A stretch of DNA of 64,000 nt from an uncultured Piscirickettsiaceae bacterium (GTDB taxonomy: Bacteria; Pseudomonadota; Gammaproteobacteria; GCF-002020875): positions 3,158 through 67,157 of the forward strand of contig CAYQBY010000003.1 of assembly GCA_964415865.1 (NCBI GenBank), read 5' to 3'. A program made the translations under genes and the position numbers. Each line of letters opens with the position of its first letter. The first letter of the stretch is position 1. A model generated the notes under the pieces. The model made no database searches. It was not told the DNA's origin and saw only the letters and a list, made by a program, of their open reading frames with translations. Shown here one piece after another: positions 48,412 to 57,671 of this stretch.

Positions 48412-48881
48412 GACAGGTTGAAGCACCCCCTATTCTGGATGCCATTAATCGTAGAATCATAAATAATCTACAGGGTGGATTTCCTGTCACAGAATCTCCA
48501 TATCGAGATATTGCGATTAAAATAGGGATCTCCGAAGATGATTTATTGTGGCGTCTTGAGGTGATGAAAACAGACCAGGTCTACTCCCGTTTTGGTCCGT
48601 TATATAACGCAGAGGCTCTTGGAGGAGCAGTCACCCTGGCTGCACTCAAGGTTCCGGAAGATGATTTCGAACGGGTAACTGAACTGGTTAATGCTCACGA
48701 TGAGGTTGCCCATAACTACAGGCGATCACCCTCCCCTCTCAATATGTGGTTTGTGGTCTCAACCGAGAGCAGAGAGGAGATACAATCTGTGCTAGATAAA
48801 ATAGAGCAGGAGACCGGGCTCAAGGTATACAACATGCCTAAACAGAAAGAGTATTTTCTGGAACTCAAACTCTTTGTCTGA
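48408..48881 (+). CDS. nirG: Siroheme decarboxylase subunit NirG
   Basis: Paralog in series. Confidence 0.65.
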   Translation: MRQVEAPPILDAINRRIINNLQGGFPVTESPYRDIAIKIGISEDDLLWRLEVMKTDQVYSRFGPLYNAEALGGAVTLAALKVPEDDFERVTELVNAHDEVAHNYRRSPSPLNMWFVVSTESREEIQSVLDKIEQETGLKVYNMPKQKEYFLELKLFV

Positions 48882-48890
48882 GATGTAGGT

Positions 48891-49385
48891 ATGGATGAGA
48901 TAGATCGTAAAATTATTGCAGCAACTCAATCTGGATTACCTCTGGTTAATCACCCCTATCATGAGGTGGCAGAATCGCTGGGGTTATCTGCAGACACTGT
49001 AATGGAGAGAATGCAATCCATGGTACAGAGCGGGATTATTCGCAGGATTGGCATAATCCCAAACCACTATAAACTGGGATACAAATCAAACGGCATGACG
49101 GTATGGGATGTTCCTGATGATGAGATTGACGAGCTTGGCATGGCTATAGGAAAACTTGATTTCGTTAGTCACTGTTACCAGAGACCGCGTCACCTGCCAG
49201 ACTGGAGCTACAACCTGTTTGCCATGGTGCATGGTAAAACCAGAAATGAGGTATTGAACAAAGCTGAACAGATCAGTGAGATCATGGGAAATTCAGTTCG
49301 CGCTCACGATATCCTCTTTAGTGATGCTATCCTGAAAAAGACAGGTCTGCGCCTACTACAGGCACATAACACCAAAGCAGAATAG
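48891..49385 (+). CDS. nirH: Siroheme decarboxylase subunit NirH
   Basis: Paralog in series. Confidence 0.65.
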   Translation: MDEIDRKIIAATQSGLPLVNHPYHEVAESLGLSADTVMERMQSMVQSGIIRRIGIIPNHYKLGYKSNGMTVWDVPDDEIDELGMAIGKLDFVSHCYQRPRHLPDWSYNLFAMVHGKTRNEVLNKAEQISEIMGNSVRAHDILFSDAILKKTGLRLLQAHNTKAE

Positions 49386-49395
49386 ATCTTTTCCA

Positions 49396-50538
49396 ATGTT
49401 TCGAATTAGTCAATACATGAAGGAGTTGCGTACTCCCACTCCTATCCAGCCAACCCACTCCCCGTCTGGACCTGTGGTGATCTGGAACCTGATCAGACGC
49501 TGTAATTTAACCTGTAAACACTGCTACTCCATCTCTGCTGATACCGATTTCAAGGGTGAACTATCAACCCAAGAGGTCTTCACGACCATGGATAACCTTA
49601 AACAGTATGGGGTAAAGGTATTGATACTCTCTGGCGGAGAGCCATTGATGCGGCCAGATATATTCGAGATCTCTCACCACGCCAAGGAGATGGGGTTTTA
49701 TGTTGGTCTCTCCACCAATGGAACATTGATAGATTATGACAACATAGATCAGATTGCAGGTGCTGGCTACGACTATGTAGGGATCAGTATTGATGGAATG
49801 CAAGAGACCCACGATCAGTTTCGTCGCAAGGACGGGGCCTTTGAGGAGTCCATGAGAGGGATCCAGCTATGTATGCAACATCAGATAAAGGTTGGTCTGC
49901 GATTTACCCTTACCCAGGATAATGAGAATGAACTTTCACAGATGTTGAAGATGCTGGAGATTAAAAATATTGAGAAGTTTTATCTGTCACACCTCAACTA
50001 TGCAGGACGTGGCAACAAAAATCGTAAGGATGACACCTATCACCAGACCACAAGACGGGCGATGGATTTGCTGTTTGAGGCAGCCATGCAGTCTGTACAG
50101 CACGGGATCAAACGAGAGTATGTGACCGGCAATAATGATGCAGATGGTGTCTACCTACTACACTGGGCAAGAAAAAATTATCCTGAACATGCTGACCATA
50201 TTGAACAAAAACTGCTGCAGTGGGGAGGCAATCAGTCTGGGGTGAATATCTCGAATATTGATAACCTTGGAAATGTGCATCCAGATACGATGTGGTGGGA
50301 CTATAATCTTGGCAATGTCAGGGATAGACCTTTTTCTGAGATCTGGGAGGATACCAGTGACCCACTTATGGCTGGCCTTAAACAGCAACCACGTGCTGTC
50401 AAGGGTCGCTGCGGAGAGTGTGCATACCTCAAAATATGTGGTGGCAATACCAGAGTACGAGCCCAGCAACTCTCTGGTGACGTATGGGCCGAGGACCCCG
50501 GCTGTTACCTTACTGATGAGGAGATAGGGATTTCATGA
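49396..50538 (+). CDS. nirJ: Radical SAM heme d1 biosynthesis protein NirJ
   Basis: CNLTCKHC CxxxCxxC radical SAM motif; SPASM-like C-terminal Cys. Confidence 0.85.
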   Translation: MFRISQYMKELRTPTPIQPTHSPSGPVVIWNLIRRCNLTCKHCYSISADTDFKGELSTQEVFTTMDNLKQYGVKVLILSGGEPLMRPDIFEISHHAKEMGFYVGLSTNGTLIDYDNIDQIAGAGYDYVGISIDGMQETHDQFRRKDGAFEESMRGIQLCMQHQIKVGLRFTLTQDNENELSQMLKMLEIKNIEKFYLSHLNYAGRGNKNRKDDTYHQTTRRAMDLLFEAAMQSVQHGIKREYVTGNNDADGVYLLHWARKNYPEHADHIEQKLLQWGGNQSGVNISNIDNLGNVHPDTMWWDYNLGNVRDRPFSEIWEDTSDPLMAGLKQQPRAVKGRCGECAYLKICGGNTRVRAQQLSGDVWAEDPGCYLTDEEIGIS

Positions 50539-52070
50539 AAATAACAGGCCACATATCGGTAGCTCCAAAACTTTCGCAACGATTAATATTACTAGTCTCT
50601 CTACTACTTCCACTAGCGCCCCTGCAGGCTGCAGAGCAGACAACGACTCTTGCCAATGAGGATCTCTACCAGCAGAACTGTGCCGCCTGCCATGGTGCCG
50701 ATCGACTTGGGCTTGTAGGTCCTGCCCTGCTTCCAGAGAACCTGAAACGACTACGCAAGAAAGCGGCCATTGAGACTGTCACCAATGGACGTCCTGCCAC
50801 TCAGATGCCCCCTTTTGGAGAGAAGCTAAGTGGTGAACAGATCAGTGCCCTTGTATCTCATATCTACACCCCGCTAATTGATATTCCTGATTGGGGAGAG
50901 AGTGAGATCAGAAAAAGCTATATAAGTCACACCTCGCTCACTGAACTGCCAACAGAACCACAACATGGTGCTGACCCACTAAACCTCTTTTTTGTGGTTG
51001 AGGCAGGTGACCACCACGCTACTATTCTGGATGGTGACAAACTTGAACCTATCCACCGCTTCAAGACCAGATTCGCACTCCATGGTGGCGCCAAATATTC
51101 GCCAGATGGACGTTTTGTCTACTTTGCCTCACGTGATGGATGGGTAACCCTGTTTGATCTCCATAGCATGCAGATGGTTGCCGAGATAAGAGCCGGCATC
51201 AACACCCGTAACATTGCCGTCTCCAGTGATGGCAAAACTGTTGCTGTTGGCAACTACCTTCCACATAACCTGGTGCTGTTAAATGCCACAGACCTCTCTC
51301 TAAAGAGTGTAATTCAGGTGACCTCTGGCAGAGAGAGCTCGAGGGTTAGCGCAGTATATGATGCTACACCTCGTAATAGTTTTATCTTGGCACTTAAGGA
51401 TCTACCGGAGGTATGGGAGATCCCCTTCCCCACATCTTCTCAACCAGAACCTGCAATTCGAAAAATCAGGCTAAAAGAGACCCTGGATGATTTTTTCTTT
51501 GACCAGCAATATCGTCATCTAATTGGGGCATCCAGGAAAAGTCAGGGACAGGTCATTGACCTTGATCTAGGCAAGAAGATTGCCGATATTGCCCTTGAAG
51601 GAATGCCCCACCTTGGATCAGGGATCAGCTGGAGACGTGGCAGTCAGACCGTCATGGCCTCCCCAAATCTACGCAAAAGTGCCCTCACTGTTATTGATGT
51701 CAACAACTGGAAAACTGTTGAAGAGATCAAAACCAAGGGGCCTGGCTTCTTTATGCGTAGCCATGAGAATAGCCGTTATGCATGGGCTGATGTCTTCTTT
51801 GGCCCCAATCGTGACCTGGTCCATATCATAGACAAGGAGACGCTCGAGATCATAAAAACAGTTCGTCCAGCCGCTGGTAAGACCGCTGCCCATATCGAGT
51901 TTACCCGTGATGGACGTTATGCCCTGCTCAGTATCTGGGAGGAAGATGGTGCCCTAATTGTCTATGATGGAGACACCCTGGAGGAGGTCAAACGGATCCC
52001 AATGAAAAAACCAGTGGGTAAATATAACGTCTACAATAAGATCACAAAATCTGAAGGTACCAGCCATTAA
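50535..52070 (+). CDS. nirN: NirN (cytochrome c plus cd1-like propeller; dihydro-heme d1 dehydrogenase)
   Basis: CAACH c-domain plus d1-type propeller; terminal gene of the nir cluster. Confidence 0.8.
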   Translation: MKITGHISVAPKLSQRLILLVSLLLPLAPLQAAEQTTTLANEDLYQQNCAACHGADRLGLVGPALLPENLKRLRKKAAIETVTNGRPATQMPPFGEKLSGEQISALVSHIYTPLIDIPDWGESEIRKSYISHTSLTELPTEPQHGADPLNLFFVVEAGDHHATILDGDKLEPIHRFKTRFALHGGAKYSPDGRFVYFASRDGWVTLFDLHSMQMVAEIRAGINTRNIAVSSDGKTVAVGNYLPHNLVLLNATDLSLKSVIQVTSGRESSRVSAVYDATPRNSFILALKDLPEVWEIPFPTSSQPEPAIRKIRLKETLDDFFFDQQYRHLIGASRKSQGQVIDLDLGKKIADIALEGMPHLGSGISWRRGSQTVMASPNLRKSALTVIDVNNWKTVEEIKTKGPGFFMRSHENSRYAWADVFFGPNRDLVHIIDKETLEIIKTVRPAAGKTAAHIEFTRDGRYALLSIWEEDGALIVYDGDTLEEVKRIPMKKPVGKYNVYNKITKSEGTSH

Positions 52071-52076
52071 GGAACT

Positions 52077-53159
52077 CTATCTCATCCCGCGACGAGCAGC
52101 ATAGGTTACAAACAGGGTTATAGTAAAGAGTGCCACGGCACCTGCCTGATGAGTTGATGCCAGATGAATTGGAACAACCAACAACAGTGTACTAATTCCA
52201 AGAGCGACCTGTATCAGAACCATTACCATCAGTGCATTCATTCCGCTGCGGGCATATTTTGACAGCTCTACCTGTCGATATCGGAACCAGATAATTATGG
52301 TTGCTATCAATACGGTAATTGCCAACAGGCGGTGGTCAAACTGTACTGTAGTTCTGTTTTCAAAGATGTTGATCCAGAATGGGCTCTCCCTGAATAGTCC
52401 ATCAGGAATATACATTCCATTCATATCGGGGAAGGTATTGTAGCCATACCCTGCCTTGAGACCTGCAACAAACCCACCCGAAAGGATAGTGATTACAATC
52501 AGAAGAGTCAGCCAGCGTGACGTCCTGTATAGGTTGGCCGAGACCTCTCTCTCCATTCTAAATTTGGCATTGGGAAACAGATAGCCAAGCGCGGTCCAGA
52601 ACAGGTATGCATAGATAAGGAATGCTGCTGCAAGATGCGCAGTCAGACGGTACTGGCTGACATGAGGATTATCAATCAACCCGCTCTTGACCATATACCA
52701 ACCCAACACCCCCTGAAGACCACCAAGAATAAACATCAGAATAAACCGTGGAATGGCCGAACGCTGAATCTTGCCAGAGACCCAAAAGTAGATGAATGGC
52801 AACAGGAAGGCAAGGCCGATCAGGCGGCCCAAAACCCTGTGCAGATACTCCAGCAGGAAAATTGATTGAAAACCTGCCAGATCCATCCCCATATTGATTT
52901 TCTGGTACTCGGGGGATTGGCGATAGAGCTCAAAAACACGTTCCCACTCCAGCTGGGTCAGTGGCGGAATCCAACCCATTAGCGGATCCCAATCCACCAT
53001 TGAGAGGCCAGAGCCGGTCAGACGGGTAACTCCACCAAGCACCACCATTGCATAGATAAGAAGACAAACAGCAAGGAGCCAGATCCCGATCTGGCGATTG
53101 TGACTATATTCTGAAAGAGAGCTATACACTGCTATCTGTCTCCACAGCTTTCCTGTCAC
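52077..53159 (-). CDS. ctaA: Heme A synthase, COX15/CtaA type 2 (no Cys pairs)
   Basis: Eight TMs with conserved His (HRVLG, HLAAAF, HRLLAI). Confidence 0.75.
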   Translation of the reverse strand: MTGKLWRQIAVYSSLSEYSHNRQIGIWLLAVCLLIYAMVVLGGVTRLTGSGLSMVDWDPLMGWIPPLTQLEWERVFELYRQSPEYQKINMGMDLAGFQSIFLLEYLHRVLGRLIGLAFLLPFIYFWVSGKIQRSAIPRFILMFILGGLQGVLGWYMVKSGLIDNPHVSQYRLTAHLAAAFLIYAYLFWTALGYLFPNAKFRMEREVSANLYRTSRWLTLLIVITILSGGFVAGLKAGYGYNTFPDMNGMYIPDGLFRESPFWINIFENRTTVQFDHRLLAITVLIATIIIWFRYRQVELSKYARSGMNALMVMVLIQVALGISTLLLVVPIHLASTHQAGAVALFTITLFVTYAARRGMR

Positions 53160-54027
53160 CGGTCAGGGAAAAGTAGATCAGCAGAGCCGTTATCAGCAGT
53201 TGGGAGAATGTAGAGTGGAGCGATGTAGCAACCAGTGGAAGTTGCCCCTCAACCATGAAGCCACCAAGCTTGGTCTGTACAAACAGCAACAACAGCAAGA
53301 TCAATAGAAAGTTTCTCTGACCAGCATCCCCTCTCCTGAAGGCACGAAGCAGCATTACAGAAAAGTAGAGCAGTGCAACAAGAGCTGAGAACCTGTGCAT
53401 CATATGCATCTGTATTAGAGGGTTTTCTGACCACCAATATCCATTGCAGTCAGGCAGTGTTGTACAGGCCATCCCTGCAAATTTGGCAGAAACCATCCCA
53501 CCCTGCATTAACATGGTAAGCAGCAGCATGGCACCGGCTAGCATTACCGCCCTCTGTAGTGAAAACCGCTGCTCCCAACCAAAAACTCTAGCCATAAGCA
53601 GGGCAGATGCACCTAACAGAACCATTCCACCCAGAAGATTACCCATAACAACCCACAACTCAAGTGATCCACCTGCTGCTATCCCAAGTCCGGCTAGCCA
53701 CAATACGGCACCACCCATGACCACAGCGTACTGCCTTAATCTTGCAGCACCCTCTCCAGCACGAATCAGTACAATATTTACCAACAATACAAGTATGGCA
53801 ATAACACCAGCCAGGGTACGGTGGGCAATGGTTGCAAAGTGATATTCACCCTCAGCAACACCGGCAAAACCCTTGGCCTCACCAGTGACTCCAACCTCAC
53901 CATAACAGAGTGGCCGTTCCACACACTCCAGTCCGGACTTTACATGTCTGATATATGAGCTGGTGAAATTAAGGGTAACCACCAGCAGAACAGTTATTAC
54001 AACCAGATAGCGGATATTAAGCCCCAT
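53122..54027 (-). CDS. ctaA: Heme A synthase-like protein, CtaA type 1 (Cys pairs in loops)
   Basis: Eight TMs; CVERPLC and CTTLPDC loop cysteine pairs; His in TM2 and TM6. Confidence 0.65.
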   Translation of the reverse strand: MGLNIRYLVVITVLLVVTLNFTSSYIRHVKSGLECVERPLCYGEVGVTGEAKGFAGVAEGEYHFATIAHRTLAGVIAILVLLVNIVLIRAGEGAARLRQYAVVMGGAVLWLAGLGIAAGGSLELWVVMGNLLGGMVLLGASALLMARVFGWEQRFSLQRAVMLAGAMLLLTMLMQGGMVSAKFAGMACTTLPDCNGYWWSENPLIQMHMMHRFSALVALLYFSVMLLRAFRRGDAGQRNFLLILLLLLFVQTKLGGFMVEGQLPLVATSLHSTFSQLLITALLIYFSLTGDRKAVETDSSV

Positions 54028-54030
54028 CTG

Positions 54031-54711
54031 TTACTGCTCTCTTCGCTCTGGCCTCTCACCAAAGAGCTCATTTTTGTTGTCCTGAATATATGCGTCATCC
54101 ACCTTTCCAGCAACCAGGCGAATGTGTTTGGGATTCTTCTGCCAATCCACATGGTCGTAGCCCAACTTGAAGTCCCAGGCCCATGCACTTCCTCCCTGGA
54201 ATGCGTAAGTTGATGATGTCCAGTAGTCGGCAGAGTGTCCATTAGGGAAGAAATTACGAAAGATTGGGTCAATACTCCTGTCCTTGCTGATGAAGGCAAT
54301 TGATCCCATCTCTATATTCTCTGGCAGATGCCAATCCTTAAGCCCACAGATTCCCTCCTTGTTAACCTCTGTCACATAGGAGATCGCATCACAATCACTC
54401 CCTGCACAGCTGCCTCCATTAGGTACACCTATAAAATTCTCTCTCATCTCCGGGTCATACCAGGTATAAGTGTTGTCGGCAGAACGTAGCACGGCCGGCT
54501 CAGGCTTCTTTACCTCCCAGTGGAGACCTGTTGACTTGTCATATACACACTCCCAGGGGGCATCTGCATAATTGCCGCTACCGCTGTATACCGAGCCATC
54601 TGCAGTAACCCTGACAAAATTCTCCTCACGGATCTTTCTATCCTCGTCCGTGAGCCCTTCGCACCCCATCAAAAATAGTGGGAACAGGATCAAGCCTATT
54701 ACTTTCTTCAT
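54031..54711 (-). CDS. Lipoprotein with DUF1566 (Lcl C-terminal-like) domain
   Basis: Lipobox FLMGCEG; GLHWEV...DWHLPE motif pattern. Confidence 0.5.
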   Translation of the reverse strand: MKKVIGLILFPLFLMGCEGLTDEDRKIREENFVRVTADGSVYSGSGNYADAPWECVYDKSTGLHWEVKKPEPAVLRSADNTYTWYDPEMRENFIGVPNGGSCAGSDCDAISYVTEVNKEGICGLKDWHLPENIEMGSIAFISKDRSIDPIFRNFFPNGHSADYWTSSTYAFQGGSAWAWDFKLGYDHVDWQKNPKHIRLVAGKVDDAYIQDNKNELFGERPERREQ

Positions 54712-54841
54712 AATCGATGAATTTCCTAGTGATCTATTTTGGTGGTCAGATATCGCCTGTTGCGACCTGAATATGTGGCTGAGAGTATACTATTTTTCCA
54801 GATCCTGAGATACCTCCAACCCCATCTAAAACCGGTTGATC

Positions 54842-54853
54842 GATCAAAACATT
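54842..54853. promoter_or_regulatory. 12-bp palindrome TTGATCGATCAA in a divergent intergenic region
   Basis: Perfect palindrome; FNR-like half-sites but with N2 spacing. Confidence 0.3.
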
Positions 54854-54923
54854 CTATCGTCCAAGAGCTGAAGGTATGTACAATTAGGGGCCGTTTAACT
54901 GCAACCAAAAGATAGAGAAAAAG

Positions 54924-55058
54924 ATGAGAGAGTTAAGTACGTTCTGGATTATCGGTATCATTTTAAATCTGGGAGTTGTTATTGCCGCATTTGTCTGGCT
55001 CTTCAAGATAATGGAACGTCCAGAGAGACAAACAAAAGACAAAAATAACAATAAATAA
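54924..55058 (+). CDS. 43-aa single-TM small protein (MRELSTFWIIGIILNLGVVIAAFVWLFKIMERPERQTKDKNNK)
   Basis: Translated by hand; hydrophobic helix plus basic tail; below the ORF-track cutoff. Confidence 0.35.
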   Translation: MRELSTFWIIGIILNLGVVIAAFVWLFKIMERPERQTKDKNNNK

Positions 55059-55125
55059 CAAAACTCTTACCGGCCGCATTGGATCACAAACTGTTGTAGC
55101 AGAGTAAACTCGAAGAATTACCCAA

Positions 55126-56481
55126 ATGAACAGACAACCAGATTACCAGCCCTCTGTCCCTGACTCCGTCCAGCCATTGATCCGAGGGTGGATCTATCTG
55201 GCACTGGCCTCACTCATCGTCCCCGGGCTGACAGCGGTACTTCTTGTATTGCTACGCACATTGGTAGTTGATTCGGCATCATGGACCGATCTGTTCCGTA
55301 CTGCACTGGTGGTACATGTCGACCTTTCTGTATTTGTCTGGTTTCTTGCTATCGGAGGGGCGCTGTGGACCAGCATGCTATCATCACCAACCACGGCTGC
55401 CAAATGGTCTCTCCGCCTGGCCGTAAGCGGAACAGTCATCATATCTGTTGCTCCACTACTGGGTGCAACCACACCGGTAATGAACAACTATATTCCAGTG
55501 CTTGACCATCCAATTTTTCATCTTGGTCTGGGTCTCTTTGCAGTTGGGATACTTCTTCTAGCTCCCTCCATCATGGGTCGATCACCCAGGCTCTTACCAG
55601 AGACTGGAGAGGAGCTAATACAACTTGGTGGATGGCTTGCGATGTTGGCAACAGTTATTGCAGCAATGGCCTTTATTCACACCTGGTTATCCATTCCTGT
55701 TGACCCGGAGAGGGCTGCTGTTACCTATTACGAGATTCTGTTCTGGTCTGATGGACATATTCTACAATTCACCTATACGACTCTACTGGTTGTTGCTTGG
55801 TTGGCATTGGGTTCTGCACTGAGGATCAACCCTGCCCCATCTCCAGGTATGACTGCAATCATGCTGGTTATCGGATTTATACCTCTAATTATTGTCCCCT
55901 GGATTCTCTCATCCTTTGGTGTCCTCTCGGCAGAATACAGGGGATGGTTTACCTGGCTAATGCGCTATGGCAACAGCCTGGCACCAGTACTTGTCTCTGT
56001 TGTGATTCTGGCAGGAGTGCTTCGCTCCAGGGCAATGACTGATGAACAGCGCCCTCTGCACGCATCACTGGTTGCATCATTTATCCTGTTTGCGGCTGGA
56101 GGTGTCATTGGCTTCATGATCTCCGGGATCAACACCATTATTCCTGCTCATTACCATGGCTCTATTGTCGGAGTCACATTAGCATTTATGGGGCTGGTCT
56201 ATATCTTGTTACCAAGGGTTGGTTTTGTGGCCCCAACCGGGCGCATGGCTATACTGCAGCCCTATGTGTATGCAGTGGGTCAGCTCATGCATGTTGCAGG
56301 ACTCGCAATGTCTGGTGGTCACGGAGCAGCTCGTAAGAGTGTCGGGGGCTCACTTGGAGTAGATGATTTTTATGGCACATTGAGTGTCGGCTTCACCCGT
56401 ATTGGCGGCCTGCTGGCCGTAGTTGGCGGGATACTATTTCTGGTGGTCTGCTGGAAATCAATTCGTGCCAAAAAAGGTTAG
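55126..56481 (+). CDS. 12-TM membrane protein, NnrS-like (putative heme/copper NO-stress protein)
   Basis: About 12 hydrophobic helices with scattered conserved His; denitrification context. Confidence 0.35.
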   Translation: MNRQPDYQPSVPDSVQPLIRGWIYLALASLIVPGLTAVLLVLLRTLVVDSASWTDLFRTALVVHVDLSVFVWFLAIGGALWTSMLSSPTTAAKWSLRLAVSGTVIISVAPLLGATTPVMNNYIPVLDHPIFHLGLGLFAVGILLLAPSIMGRSPRLLPETGEELIQLGGWLAMLATVIAAMAFIHTWLSIPVDPERAAVTYYEILFWSDGHILQFTYTTLLVVAWLALGSALRINPAPSPGMTAIMLVIGFIPLIIVPWILSSFGVLSAEYRGWFTWLMRYGNSLAPVLVSVVILAGVLRSRAMTDEQRPLHASLVASFILFAAGGVIGFMISGINTIIPAHYHGSIVGVTLAFMGLVYILLPRVGFVAPTGRMAILQPYVYAVGQLMHVAGLAMSGGHGAARKSVGGSLGVDDFYGTLSVGFTRIGGLLAVVGGILFLVVCWKSIRAKKG

Positions 56482-56521
56482 TTGGCGTTAAAATACGGCT
56501 TTGAAATAGGAGACAGTCAGT

Positions 56522-56752
56522 ATGGAAATGGTTCTTTATACGGTAATTGCCGTTGTTCTCTATCTGGTATCAGATAGAATTCTGAGTTATCTGGAGTCAA
56601 TGTATGGAAAAGTACTTCCATACAGAAGTGTTATATTCTTTGTGATTATCCTGATACTTGCTGTCTCTGTTTTCAGTGTCATGGAGAGTCTCATGAAACC
56701 TGAGAGTGGCGCGCTATTGAACAACGGCTCCTACCAACTACCAGCAAAATAG
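56522..56752 (+). CDS. Small two-TM membrane protein, unknown
   Basis: 76 aa; hydrophobic. Confidence 0.3.
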   Translation: MEMVLYTVIAVVLYLVSDRILSYLESMYGKVLPYRSVIFFVIILILAVSVFSVMESLMKPESGALLNNGSYQLPAK

Positions 56753-56792
56753 CTTAGAAAAACAGAGGGATGCTCTATTGCCTCTGATCAGA

Positions 56793-57137
56793 TTATCGGG
56801 GCTTTACCTTCACCCCATAACGCTTGTTGCTCTCGCACAGTGAGTTCTTGGAGCGCCAGCTACCATCCTCCTGGGTATAGCTTGTTTTAGGAACCTCTAC
56901 CTCACCACTCTTCTTGATCTCAAAAATGGTCACTTTGGCTGGATCAGGCTCACGTACCCTTATCAATCGCCCAAGACTACATAGGGTATCTGCATAGTAG
57001 TGGATGGTCATATCAGAGTAGAAGCCACCCTTGCAGTCCGTATCACAGTAGTCCTCATCCTTAAATATATCGACAACTGCCTTGTACGCATACATAGGGC
57101 AGCGTCTCTTCCCAAAAAAATTACTCAGTATCCCCAT
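56793..57137 (-). CDS. Hypothetical Cys-containing protein
   Basis: 114 aa; last gene of the minus-strand operon. Confidence 0.35.
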   Translation of the reverse strand: MGILSNFFGKRRCPMYAYKAVVDIFKDEDYCDTDCKGGFYSDMTIHYYADTLCSLGRLIRVREPDPAKVTIFEIKKSGEVEVPKTSYTQEDGSWRSKNSLCESNKRYGVKVKPR

Positions 57138-57167
57138 ACTATCCCCTCCGGAAAATGCAGATATATA

Positions 57168-57671
57168 TTATTCAAAGATAAATTCTCCATGTTTTGCATC
57201 AAAATCCACCACTATGATCTCTGCTGGGGCCATATCAACATCTTCCTCAGCAATATAATCAAATTCATCACTATCTACGCTATCACGCATTTTCACCCCA
57301 AGCCTGTGTTTGCCTGATGGCACTGTTATCTTCTGATAAGTATATCCTGCAGCATCATTGTGCAGCCCTGAAGGTATGATGGTCTCAGAGTGTACTACCT
57401 CTCCATCAAGCTCCAACTCAAGAAAAATGGGGGAACGCTCTCTTGGACATACAACAGGCATCCGCATATTTGGTGGTAGCTTTGCTAACTGTTCCGGAGT
57501 CTGTTTCACACACTCCCCAGCTGGTTCACTGGTATGTGCCAGACTAATCTTGATCAATGCTGTATCCGCCCCCATGTGATTATATGATGGTGATGTAGAG
57601 AGGTAACCAACTACCGCCATGAACAGTCCATAAAGCACAACCTGACCGATTATCTGCATAACCTTGCTCAC
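57168..57671 (-). CDS. Membrane-anchored periplasmic protein, unknown
   Basis: N-terminal TM; 167 aa; ATGA-type overlap with the upstream gene. Confidence 0.4.
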   Translation of the reverse strand: MSKVMQIIGQVVLYGLFMAVVGYLSTSPSYNHMGADTALIKISLAHTSEPAGECVKQTPEQLAKLPPNMRMPVVCPRERSPIFLELELDGEVVHSETIIPSGLHNDAAGYTYQKITVPSGKHRLGVKMRDSVDSDEFDYIAEEDVDMAPAEIIVVDFDAKHGEFIFE

